A stretch of 64,000 bases of DNA from the NCBI GenBank assembly GCA_963715985.1, contig CAVQSP010000014.1:480001-544000 (forward strand), written 5' to 3'. Position 1 is the first letter of the stretch; every line of letters begins with the position of its first letter. Shown here in pieces: positions 33,271 through 42,434 of the stretch. A model generated the notes under the pieces. It was given only the letters and a program-made list of their open reading frames with translations, was not told the origin of the DNA and searched no databases. A program made the position numbers and the translations under genes. This stretch comes from an uncultured Thermoleophilia bacterium. GTDB lineage: Bacteria; Actinomycetota; Thermoleophilia; UBA2241.

Positions 33271-34656
33271 ATGACGAGCAGGGAAGCACGCGAAGCAGAA
33301 CTGGTGGAGCTGTCCTGGCCGGACGCGCCCAAGATGGTGACCGAGGTGCCGGGTCCCAGGGTCGTCGCACTCATGGAAGAGTCGGCCAAGTACGAGTCCT
33401 TCACGCGGGGCGGCGGCGGGTTCCCCGTCATCCTCGAGCAGGGCAAGGGCGTGACAGTCAAAGACGCCGACGGCAACCTCTACATCGACATGGCCGCAGG
33501 CGTGGCCGTCAACGCCGTGGGCCGCGCTCACCCGAAGGTGCTGGACGCCATCCGGCGGCAGTGCGACGTCATCATGCACACCACGGACATCACCAACCCC
33601 AAGCGGATCGAGCTGGCCAAGAAGGTCTCTTCGGTGATGCCGGAGGGTCTGGCGGGCAACTGTCACACGGCCGTGTATCAGGCCGGCAGCGACGCCGTCG
33701 AGACGGCCATCAAGTTCGCGAGGGCCTACACGGGGCGCTCGCAGATCGTCGCCTTCCACGGTGCCTACCACGGCGTGTGGATGGGCACCGCAGCGCTCAC
33801 CACGTCCTACAACTACCGCCACGGCTGGGGTCCGATGATGCCCGGCGTCATCCACCTGCCGTACGCCTACTGCTATCGCTGCCCCTTCGGCATGGAGTAC
33901 CCGGCCTGCGACCTGCAGTGCGGCAAGTACGTCGACCAGGTGCTCAACGGTCCCTACACGGGCGCCGACGACGTCGCCGCGGTGATCATCGAGTGCCAGC
34001 AGGGCGAGGGCGGTTACGTCGCCCCGCCGCCGGAGTTCCTCGAGGCGATCAAGGCCGCCTGCGAGAAGAACGGCTGCCTCTTCATCGCCGACGAGGTGCA
34101 GGCCGGCGCCGGGCGCACCGGCAAGATGTGGGCCGTCCAGTATTCGCACGTGGTCCCCGACATGCTCACGTGGGGCAAGGGCATGGGCGGCGACATGCCC
34201 ATGGCCGGGGTGACCTACCGCGCAGACATGGAGAGCGCCCTGCGCGAGGGCTCTCAGCCGAGCACCTTCGCCGGCAACGCCATGGGCTGCGAGGTCTGCA
34301 TGACGAACATCGACCTGATCACCGACCCGGAGACCGACCTCATCGGCAGGGCGGCGGAGCTGGGCGCGGAGATCAAGGGCACCTTCGTGGACGCGATGTC
34401 GAGCGTGAAGTGCATCGGCGACGTGCGCGGCAACGGGCTCATGATCGGCATCGAGGTGGTGGCCGACCAGAAGACCAAGGAGCCGCTCGGCGACAAGACC
34501 GGCGAGATCGCGATGAAGCTGCTCAACCGCGGCATCCTCATGACGCCGTGTGGGCGGCACGGCAACGTGTTCCGCTTCATGCCGCCGCTCACGGTGCCGC
34601 GCGACTACGCCGTGAAGGCCACCGAGATCATGCTCGATATCCTCAAGGAGTACTGA
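33271..34656 (+). CDS. class III PLP aminotransferase (GabT/omega-amine type)
   Basis: DADGNLYID, GSDAVETAIK, FHGAYHG, QGEGG, IADEVQAGAGRTG, WGKGMGG, STFAGN, DVRG.GLM, RFMPPL. Confidence 0.92.
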   Translation: MTSREAREAELVELSWPDAPKMVTEVPGPRVVALMEESAKYESFTRGGGGFPVILEQGKGVTVKDADGNLYIDMAAGVAVNAVGRAHPKVLDAIRRQCDVIMHTTDITNPKRIELAKKVSSVMPEGLAGNCHTAVYQAGSDAVETAIKFARAYTGRSQIVAFHGAYHGVWMGTAALTTSYNYRHGWGPMMPGVIHLPYAYCYRCPFGMEYPACDLQCGKYVDQVLNGPYTGADDVAAVIIECQQGEGGYVAPPPEFLEAIKAACEKNGCLFIADEVQAGAGRTGKMWAVQYSHVVPDMLTWGKGMGGDMPMAGVTYRADMESALREGSQPSTFAGNAMGCEVCMTNIDLITDPETDLIGRAAELGAEIKGTFVDAMSSVKCIGDVRGNGLMIGIEVVADQKTKEPLGDKTGEIAMKLLNRGILMTPCGRHGNVFRFMPPLTVPRDYAVKATEIMLDILKEY

Positions 34657-34682
34657 GGCCGCTCCGCGCTTCCAGTCTCATT

Positions 34683-34720
34683 CCGGCGGCAGGGCCCCAC
34701 GCTCGTGGCCCTGCCGCCGG
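34683..34720. repeat. 14-bp inverted repeat between aminotransferase and moaF
   Basis: CCGGCGGCAGGGCC-N10-GGCCCTGCCGCCGG. Confidence 0.6.
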
Positions 34721-34758
34721 ATCACGTTGTCCCCCCAACACCCCTCAGGAGGGTCGTG

Positions 34759-35577
34759 ATGTCCGACGCGCTGCACTTCATCCAGGTCGGCGAGCTCGTC
34801 AAGGGGATCAGCGAGGGCACCCTGCCGCCCGCGGAAGAGCTGGCCGGGTCCTCTCTCGCCCTGTACGTCGAGGACGGGCGCGTGGTGCGACTCGCGTTCG
34901 CCGCTGGTGGGGGCCTCAGCTGGCAGGTCGAAGACGGCCCCGGAGCGGGCGAGCGCGGGGAGGAGCGGTGTCTCATCACGCGGCCTCGCGATGGCGTCTT
35001 CGTGGTCGACTACGTCAGCAGCACGCGTCAGGCCACATCGATGACGATCGTGCTCGACCTGCGGCGGCAGGCGGCGACGCTGGTCGCCGGCACGCTGCCC
35101 ACCGCAGAGGAGGCCGCGCGGGGCGCCTTCGCCCTCGCCACGGCGGGCGAGGAGCTCACGCTTGTGCGCTGCGAGATCGTCCGTGCCGCCATCGACCGCC
35201 CGTTCACCGCCGCGGACCACCCTCATGTGCCCACCGGCGAGCTCGTGGGCAAGCGCGTGCAGTACGTCTACAGCGCCACCGAGAAGTACGAGCACATCTA
35301 CCTCAACGAGAACCTGTACACCTGGCAGTGCCTCGAAGGGAGCGAGAAGGGTCTCGCCGACACCGACCGCTGCCACTACCGCAGGATCGCGGACGACCTC
35401 TACCTCTTCGTGTGGCGCGAGAAGGTCATCCCCACGCTCGGCGTCGTCATGGTGGACTGGCGTGAGAAGCGCTCCAACGGCAAGCTGTTCGGCTACGAGT
35501 CCAGCGACTTCGGCGCCCTCTCCAACACGCCCATCGCCTCCGTGGCCACGCTGCTCAACGTCACGACCTACGTCTGA
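34759..35577 (+). CDS. MoaF-family protein
   Basis: ELVGKRVQYVYS..EKYEHIYLN...WQCL.G.EKGLADTD.C...KVIPTLGVV, typical of MoaF N and C domains. Confidence 0.8.
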   Translation: MSDALHFIQVGELVKGISEGTLPPAEELAGSSLALYVEDGRVVRLAFAAGGGLSWQVEDGPGAGERGEERCLITRPRDGVFVVDYVSSTRQATSMTIVLDLRRQAATLVAGTLPTAEEAARGAFALATAGEELTLVRCEIVRAAIDRPFTAADHPHVPTGELVGKRVQYVYSATEKYEHIYLNENLYTWQCLEGSEKGLADTDRCHYRRIADDLYLFVWREKVIPTLGVVMVDWREKRSNGKLFGYESSDFGALSNTPIASVATLLNVTTYV

Positions 35578-35955
35578 CCAGGGCCGGGCTCGTGCCACGC
35601 CTCGCGGCACGTACCCCAAGGGGTTGTCAGGTCGCCCTTCCTGCGGTACGTTCCTGCCTTCACGCATTTGCACTATCGCGGGCGAGAGAATTGGCCCAAA
35701 TGGCCAACAGCTAGCCATTTGATGCGGGCGGCGCAGGGCGCCGGCCGCGAGCGGACGAAAGGAGCCGGCACCCGAGACGATCGTGACCTCGCGAGCAGCG
35801 GCCCGTGTCTGTCGCAGCCCGCGTCCCGGGGTCGTGGGGCCGGGGGACGTGCGGCGTGGCAGCAACGACCACGGGGCGTCGTCGCGTCCAGCATGTGCAG
35901 TGCTTCTGAGCGGCAAGCGCAGCTCTACTGACAGCTTTCTAGGGGGACTGAGACT

Positions 35956-37188
35956 ATGCAGAAGAGAGTCGTCTTCATCATCCTGGCGCTCGTGCTCGCG
36001 GTCGGCGTACTCGTGATCGGGGCGTGCGGCGGATCGTCCGGGGACACCGGGGCTCGCGACGAATCGTCCTCACCCGCGCCGGCGGCCACCGGCGAGCCGC
36101 TCAAGATCGGCTTCAACGAAGGCTTCAGTGGCTTCATGGCGGTGGACGCCCAGCTCACCGAGCACGGCATCAAGGTGGCGCTGGAGGAGGTCGGCAACCA
36201 GTGGATGGGCCGGCCCATCGAGTACTTCAAGGCCGACAACGCCTCCGACCCGGTCCAGGCCGTGGACAAGGCGCGCCAGCTCGTGGAGAGTGACGGGATC
36301 CAGGTCATGCTCGGGCCGATCTTCTCGCCCTCGAACGCCGCGGTCACCGACTACCTCGCCAAGGCCGGCGGGATCCCCTCCATCTCGATCTTCGGCCAGC
36401 CCACGGTCAACCTCAAGACCGCCAACTACCTGTCGTTCATCCCGGCCGGCATGTTCTCGATGGACGGCTACGTGCTCGGCAAGTACGCCTCCGAGACGCT
36501 CGGCTACAAGACCGCCAACGCCATCAGCCTCGAGGACACGACCGGGCACGAGCTCATGAAGGGCTTCCAGACCGGCTTCGAGGAGGGCGGCGGCAAGATC
36601 GTCAGCAACCAGTTCGTGCCGATCGACACGGTGGACTTCAGCTCGTACCTGACCACGCTCAAGCCGGCGGACTGCACCTACAACTGGATCTTCGGCAACG
36701 GCACCGGGCCGTTCATCAAGCAGTACCACGACTACGGCCTCACGGCGCCGCTCGTCCTCACCATGGCCGACGACCTGCAGGAGCCGACCATGCAGGAGCT
36801 CGGCGACATGGCCCTCGGCATCATCGGCGAGGACCACTACCTGTCGACGATGGACAACGAGCTGAACAAGAAGTTCGTCGCCGAGTACGAGGCGATGTGG
36901 CCGGGCGAGCTGCCCAACATGGACTCCTACGGCGGGTACACCGCCGTGATGATGTTCCTCGAGGCCGTCAAGCAGACCAACGGCGACACCTCGCCCGAGG
37001 CGCTCAAGAAGGTGCTGGCGACGCTCAGCATGGACACGCCGAGCGGCAAGATAACGATGTCGGCCTACGACACGGCGTTCATCGGCACCGGCGACCTCGC
37101 CATCTGCGAGACCGAGCTCGTGGACGGCAACTACCGCTGGATGCCCGTCTACACGTACGAGCAGATCCTGTTCGAGAATCCGTGGTGA
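35956..37188 (+). CDS. ABC transporter substrate-binding lipoprotein, LIV/aromatic (Peripla_BP_6) type, copy 1
   Basis: Lipobox IGAC, LKIG, GRPIE..ADN.SDP..A...ARQLVE.D, DFSSYL, TPSG. Confidence 0.88.
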   Translation: MQKRVVFIILALVLAVGVLVIGACGGSSGDTGARDESSSPAPAATGEPLKIGFNEGFSGFMAVDAQLTEHGIKVALEEVGNQWMGRPIEYFKADNASDPVQAVDKARQLVESDGIQVMLGPIFSPSNAAVTDYLAKAGGIPSISIFGQPTVNLKTANYLSFIPAGMFSMDGYVLGKYASETLGYKTANAISLEDTTGHELMKGFQTGFEEGGGKIVSNQFVPIDTVDFSSYLTTLKPADCTYNWIFGNGTGPFIKQYHDYGLTAPLVLTMADDLQEPTMQELGDMALGIIGEDHYLSTMDNELNKKFVAEYEAMWPGELPNMDSYGGYTAVMMFLEAVKQTNGDTSPEALKKVLATLSMDTPSGKITMSAYDTAFIGTGDLAICETELVDGNYRWMPVYTYEQILFENPW

Positions 37189-37251
37189 GCGGGAGGCGCG
37201 GGATGACCGAGCCTGGTCCGCCCGCACCGTGATCTGGTGAAGACGCAGTGA

Positions 37252-37285
37252 GGGGAGGGCCGCGGCCGGCGCCGCGGCCCTCCCC
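37252..37285. terminator. 15-bp GC hairpin after SBP-1
   Basis: GGGGAGGGCCGCGGC-cggc-GCCGCGGCCCTCCCC. Confidence 0.5.
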
Positions 37286-37409
37286 GTGTGAGGGCGCAGC
37301 GCTGCGGTCGCGACTCCGGTCGTGAGGCCGCCGTGAGCCCATCGACCTCAAGGAGCGCCGGCGTCACGATGCCTCCGCGTCGGGCGCAGGAGGTGAAAGG
37401 AGCCCAGCC

Positions 37410-38582
37410 GTGTCCAGTGCTCTTCCCGGTCTCGAGTTCTTGTCGCCCGCGCGCTTCATCTTCGGCTTCGGCACCTGCGCGCGCCTCGCGGCAGAGGTGC
37501 GGGCGCTGGGCGGCACCAAGGCGCTGGTGGTGACCAAGAAGTCGATGGTGGAGCGCGGCGACGTGGCGCCCGCCTTCCGCTCGCTGGACGAGGGGCGCGT
37601 CCCGTATGCCGTCTACGACGGCATCCAGCCGGACGCGCCCATCGGGCTCGTGGACGAGGCCCTGGCCGTGCTGAGGGCGGAGGGCTGCGACCTGGTCATC
37701 GGTCTCGGCGGCGGCAGCGCCATGGACATCGCCAAGTGCGTCGCCGTCGCCGCCACCAACGACGTGGGCCTGCGCGACATGCTGGGCCACGGGCGGGTGC
37801 CGCGACGGGGCCTGCCCAAGATCGTGGTGTCCACCACGCACGTGGCGGGCGCCGACACCGGCTCCGCAGCCGTGCTCCAGATCGACGCGCACACGCACGA
37901 GCACGGCGTGGTGGACAGCCCGTTCCTGCTCGCCGACGTGGTCCTCAACGACCCCGAGCTCACGCTGACGATGGGCGCCGAGGCCACCGTGGACACCTGC
38001 CTGGACACGCTGGTGACCGGCATCGAGTGCCTCACGGGGAGGCAGGCGAACCTCCTGTCCGACTTCTACAGCGAGAGCATCCTGAGGATCTGCGCCAGGT
38101 ACATGCCGGTCGTGGTCGCCGACGGCGCCGATCGCGAGGCGCGCTACAACCTGGCGCTGGCCGCGAGCATGGGTGGCTGGGCGTACATGAGCTCGTTCAT
38201 CGGCGCCGTGCACGGCATCTCGTACGGTGTGGCCGCAGTGTGCGAGCTGACGCACGGCCGGTCCATGGCGGCCATCCTGCCGGCCGTGATGCGCTACAAC
38301 CTGCAGACGCGTCCGGCGCCCTTCGTGCGCATCGCCGACATCCTGGGCGCGCGAGCGCCCGAAGTGGCGGACTTCAAGGTCGCCAGGCTCTCGGTGGTGG
38401 CGGTGGAGGAGCTGCTCGACAGCGTCGGCGTCGCGCATCGCCTGCGCGACTACGGGCTGGCGCGCGAGCAGATCGGTGAGGTCGCGGACCTCGCCTGGGC
38501 ACAGATCGACGACTTCCTGGAGTCCAACGCCCGACCCTTCGGTAGGGCGGAGGTCGAGGGCATCCTGGGCGAGGCGTACTGA
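37410..38582 (+). CDS. iron-containing (group III) alcohol dehydrogenase family protein
   Basis: FIFGFG, IGLGGGSAMDIAK, DPELT, GAVHG, THG..A..LP.VM.YN, NAR. Confidence 0.85.
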   Translation: MSSALPGLEFLSPARFIFGFGTCARLAAEVRALGGTKALVVTKKSMVERGDVAPAFRSLDEGRVPYAVYDGIQPDAPIGLVDEALAVLRAEGCDLVIGLGGGSAMDIAKCVAVAATNDVGLRDMLGHGRVPRRGLPKIVVSTTHVAGADTGSAAVLQIDAHTHEHGVVDSPFLLADVVLNDPELTLTMGAEATVDTCLDTLVTGIECLTGRQANLLSDFYSESILRICARYMPVVVADGADREARYNLALAASMGGWAYMSSFIGAVHGISYGVAAVCELTHGRSMAAILPAVMRYNLQTRPAPFVRIADILGARAPEVADFKVARLSVVAVEELLDSVGVAHRLRDYGLAREQIGEVADLAWAQIDDFLESNARPFGRAEVEGILGEAY

Positions 38583-38712
38583 TGCGGGACCGGCCCTCTG
38601 AAACGCCGATATCACGTGTCGTGCAGTCTCGCTCTTGGGCACGCGCACAGTCAGGCGGGGCGGCGTAAGGGGCGTCTCCAGGACGGAGGCGGGGGGCCGG
38701 CAAGGAATCCTC

Positions 38713-38740
38713 TTGCAATCATGTGATATCGCTATATCAT
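38713..38740 (+). promoter_or_regulatory. promoter overlapped by perfect TGATAT-N4-ATATCA operator
   Basis: TTGCAA(38713)-16 nt-TATCAT(38735); TGATATcgctATATCA at 38724-38739. Confidence 0.7.
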
Positions 38741-38973
38741 TCCTCGTCGAAGCGTTGCAGAAACGGGCCGGCTCCGCTCCAGTACGGCCAGCGGAACGTG
38801 TCAGAATGTGCGGCGCAAGGTGAAGGACGGCCCGCCTCTTCGTGGACGAGGCGGCAGGCGCCGGCCACACAGCAGCGTGCAGGAGGTGGATGCCAGGTCC
38901 AGGACGTTGACCGTGCCAGCCGGCACGCTGCCGGATCATTGACGGAGTGCTCGTCTCGACGCTAGGGGGGCGT

Positions 38974-39834
38974 GTGAGCACCTTCACCATCACGACGCTG
39001 AACGGCGTTTCCTACGCGTTCATCCTGTTCCTGCTCGCCGCGGGATTCTCCCTGACGTTCGGCGTCATGGGGGTCATCAACCTCGCTCACGGCGCCCTCT
39101 ACATGATGGGGGCGTACTTCGGCCTCGCGATGCTGAGCAGGCTCGACACCTTCTGGCTCGGCGTCGTCGTCGCCGCCATCGGGACCGGCCTCATCGGGCT
39201 GGGCATCTACTACTTCTTCCTGCGCCACCTGTACGGCAAGGTGCCCGAACAGGCGGTCCTCACGATCGGCTTGAGTTACGCCTTCGCGAACATCGTCCTG
39301 TGGGTCTGGGGCCCGTTCGCGAAGATGGGCATGACGCCGTCGCTGTTCACCGGGGTGGTGCGCGTGGGGACCCTCGCGTTTCCCATCTACCGGCTGTTCA
39401 TCATCGGCATCGGGCTGGTGGTCCTGGCCGTGCTGTGGTGGATGCAGGACAAGACGCGCGTGGGCGCCATCATCCGCGCGGGCATGGACAACAAGGAGAT
39501 GACGCGCAGCCTGGGCATCAACTACGGGCTCGTCAGCACCTTGGTCTTCCTGTTCGGCGCCGCCCTCGCCGGCTTCGCCGGCATGCTGGGGGCGCCCATC
39601 CTCGGCGCCTTCCCCTCCATGGGCGATGCGCTCCTCCTGCTGACCCTCATGGTCGTGGTTGTCGGCGGCACCGGCTACATCCAGGGCACGATGCTCGGCG
39701 CCCTCGTCATCGGGCTGCTGGATACGTTCGGCAAGGCGTACGTGCCGCAGGTCGCCCTGTTCACCTCCTATGTGGTCTTCCTCGTCGTCCTGCTCGTCCG
39801 GCCCAGCGGCCTCATCGGCCGCAAGGTGTTCTGA
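38974..39834 (+). CDS. LIV-type ABC permease (LivH-like)
   Basis: LNG...LLAAGFSLTFGVMGVINLAHG, TRVGAIIRA, VVVVGG.G...G, RPSGL.G. Confidence 0.9.
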   Translation: MSTFTITTLNGVSYAFILFLLAAGFSLTFGVMGVINLAHGALYMMGAYFGLAMLSRLDTFWLGVVVAAIGTGLIGLGIYYFFLRHLYGKVPEQAVLTIGLSYAFANIVLWVWGPFAKMGMTPSLFTGVVRVGTLAFPIYRLFIIGIGLVVLAVLWWMQDKTRVGAIIRAGMDNKEMTRSLGINYGLVSTLVFLFGAALAGFAGMLGAPILGAFPSMGDALLLLTLMVVVVGGTGYIQGTMLGALVIGLLDTFGKAYVPQVALFTSYVVFLVVLLVRPSGLIGRKVF

Positions 39835-40900
39835 TGGCTGCGCAAGCCGAGACCCAGCTTCTTGATGGGCAGCCTCTTCACCCGCAAGGCGGTGGCCGCG
39901 CAGGGGAAGAGGACGCCGGCCTCGTGGCTGACGACCCTGCTGCCGGTCATCGTCATCGCCGTCCTGCTCCTGCTGCTGCCGACCTTCGTGCCGTCGTACA
40001 TCCAGAGCCTCGTGACCAAGATGATGATCTTCGCGCTCTTCGGCGTGAGCATGAACATCCTGTGGGGGTACGGCGGCATCCCGACCTTCGGCCATGCCGC
40101 CTTCTTCGGCTTCGGCGGCTACTGCTGCGGCATCCTCATCGTGCACGGCGGCATCAGCAACTTCTGGGCTGAACCTCATCCTCGCCATCCTCCTCACTGC
40201 GCTGCTCGCCGCCGGCCTGGGCATCCCGGCCTTCCGCGTGTATGGCGTGGGAGCGTCGGACAACCCCATCTACTTCCTGCTGGTCACACTGGCCTTCGGA
40301 GAGCTCCTGGTGCGCGTGGCGATCTCGGCCCGCTCGCTCACGGGAGGCTCCACCGGGCTGGCGGGCATCCCGTATCCGCAGCTCGGCATACCCGGCGTCA
40401 CCATCGACTCGCAGAGCTTCTACTTCCTTGTGTTCGGCATCGTCGTGGTGTGCCTGCTCCTCATCTACAGGCTGTACAACTCGCACTATGGCTACGCCAT
40501 GCGCGGCATCCACGACAACGAGCGCCGCATGCAGGCGCTGGGCTACAACACGTGGATGTACAAGTACACGTCGTACATCATCGCCGGCGCGTTCGGCGGC
40601 ATCGCCGGCGTGCTGTTCGCCTACTTCGGCGGCGTCATGGTCCCCGCCAACATGGGCATGGCGATGACCGACATCGTCTTCCTCATCGTGATCCTGGGCA
40701 GCGCTTCGGTCTATCTCGGGCCCATCGTCGGCGCCGTCGTCGTGGTCGGCGTCGAGTATCTTGCGAGCCTGTATGCGCCCGACCGCAACCCGCTCATCAT
40801 GGGCGCCATCATCGTGTTCGTCATCATGGTGATCCCGCAGGGTATCGGCGTGATGCTCCTCAACCTGTGGAGGAGGCTGATCCGTGGCAGCGCTTCTTGA
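39834..40900 (+). CDS. LIV-type ABC permease (LivM-like; frameshifts near 39860 and 40168)
   Basis: NILWGYGG..FGHAAFFG.GGY, YF..VTLAFGE, TGGSTGL, G..MR.I.DNE.R, ILG....LGP..GA, PQG. Confidence 0.85.
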
Positions 40901-41648
40901 GGTACAGGGTCTCTCTGTGCACTTCGGCGGCCTTGCCGCCGTCAAGGACGTGACCTTCGACGTGGAGCAGGGTGAGCGCCTGGCCATGATCGGCCCCAAC
41001 GGGGCCGGCAAGACCACGCTCTTCAACCTGCTCACCGGGCAGCTCAAGCCGTCCGGCGGCACGGTGAGGTTCAAGGGCAAGGACATCACGCACGCAGCAG
41101 TCTACGCGCGCACACAGCTCGGCATCGCGCGCTCCTTCCAGATCACGAGCTTGTTCCCCAACGAGACCGTGCGGGTCAACGCGCTCCTCGGCCTGCAGGG
41201 CACGAGCGCAGGCCGGTATCGCGTGTGGGGCGTCTTCAACAGGGACAAAGCGCTGCGCGCCGCGGCGCAGGAGCTGCTGGAGTCCATCGAGCTCTGGGAC
41301 AAGCGGGACGAGGCCGTAAGCTCGCTGGCCTACGGCGAGCAGCGCAAGCTGGAGATGGGCCTCAGCCTCGCGAGCGATCCCGAGCTGCTGCTCCTGGACG
41401 AGCCGAGCTGCGGGCTCACGCCCACGGAGAGCGCGGACATCACCTCGCGCATCCGCGACCTCGGCGCCAAGATCACCGTGCTCATGATCGCCCACGACAT
41501 GGACCTGGTCTTCGGCGTGGCCGAGCGCATCATCCTGCTGCACTACGGCGAGATCTCCGCCGAGGGCACCTGCGACGAGATCCGCGCCAATCAGACGGTC
41601 AAGGACATCTACATGGGATCCCACAAGCACAAGACCCGGGACGCGTGA
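40884..41648 (+). CDS. LIV-type ABC ATPase (LivG-like)
   Basis: FGGLAAV, GPNGAGKTT, GIARSFQ, LAYGEQR, LLLDEP, HDM. Confidence 0.92.
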   Translation: MAALLEVQGLSVHFGGLAAVKDVTFDVEQGERLAMIGPNGAGKTTLFNLLTGQLKPSGGTVRFKGKDITHAAVYARTQLGIARSFQITSLFPNETVRVNALLGLQGTSAGRYRVWGVFNRDKALRAAAQELLESIELWDKRDEAVSSLAYGEQRKLEMGLSLASDPELLLLDEPSCGLTPTESADITSRIRDLGAKITVLMIAHDMDLVFGVAERIILLHYGEISAEGTCDEIRANQTVKDIYMGSHKHKTRDA

Positions 41649-41655
41649 GCGGGCC

Positions 41656-42378
41656 ATGCTGGAGATCAAGGACATCCACACCTGGTACGGCGACAGCTAC
41701 GTGCTGCAGGGCGTCTCACTCGAGGTGAAGGACGCCACCGTGGTGGCCCTCCTGGGCCGCAACGGCATGGGCAAGACCACCACGATCCGCTCCATCATGG
41801 GGCTGACGCCGCCCAAGAAGGGCAGCATCGTCTTCAACGGCAAGGAGACGGTGGGCATGCCGTCCTACGAGATCGCGCGGCTGGGGATCGGACTCGTCCC
41901 GCAGGGCCGGATGATCTTCCCGTCACTCTCGGTGAACGAGAACCTCACGATGGCGGCGCGGAACACCGCCGGCAAGCAGGATGCGTGGACGCTGGACAAG
42001 GTGTTCACCGTGTTCCCCAAGCTCAAGGAGCGCCAGAAGAACAAGGGCAACCTGCTCAGCGGCGGCGAGCAGCAGATGCTCTGCATCGCGCGGGCGCTGA
42101 TGACGAACCCCGACCTCATCCTGCTTGACGAGCCGTCGGAGGGTCTCGCGCCGATCGTGGTCCAGGAGGTGTTCCGGGTCATCGAGCAGCTCAAGGCCGC
42201 GGGGCAGTCGATCCTGCTCGTGGAACAGGACTTCGCCATGGCCATGGACGTGGCCGATCACGCCTTCATCATGAGCAAGGGCTCAGTGGTATGGGACGGC
42301 ACCGCCGACGAGCTTGTCGACAACGAGAAGGTCAAGGCCACGTACCTCGGCGTCGGGGACGAGGCCGAGGAGTGCTAG
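41656..42378 (+). CDS. LIV-type ABC ATPase (LivF-like)
   Basis: LGRNGMGKTT, VPQGR.IF, LSGGEQQML, LDEPSEGLAP, LLVEQ. Confidence 0.92.
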   Translation: MLEIKDIHTWYGDSYVLQGVSLEVKDATVVALLGRNGMGKTTTIRSIMGLTPPKKGSIVFNGKETVGMPSYEIARLGIGLVPQGRMIFPSLSVNENLTMAARNTAGKQDAWTLDKVFTVFPKLKERQKNKGNLLSGGEQQMLCIARALMTNPDLILLDEPSEGLAPIVVQEVFRVIEQLKAAGQSILLVEQDFAMAMDVADHAFIMSKGSVVWDGTADELVDNEKVKATYLGVGDEAEEC

Positions 42379-42434
42379 GGGCTTAGCTCGCGGCGGGACC
42401 GCCGCGCGAAAACCACAAGTACGGAGGGGTAGAG

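Noticed and set aside
34759-35577. MoaF as a molybdenum cofactor biosynthesis gene serving the Mo enzymes
   Set aside because: That annotation rests on a name collision with the monoamine regulon. No other Moco genes are adjacent.
38881-38910. AGGAGGT followed by a 6-codon ORF (MPGPGR) in the livH leader
   Set aside because: SD-ATG spacing is only 2-3 nt, there are no regulatory codon runs or attenuator structure, and support is insufficient.
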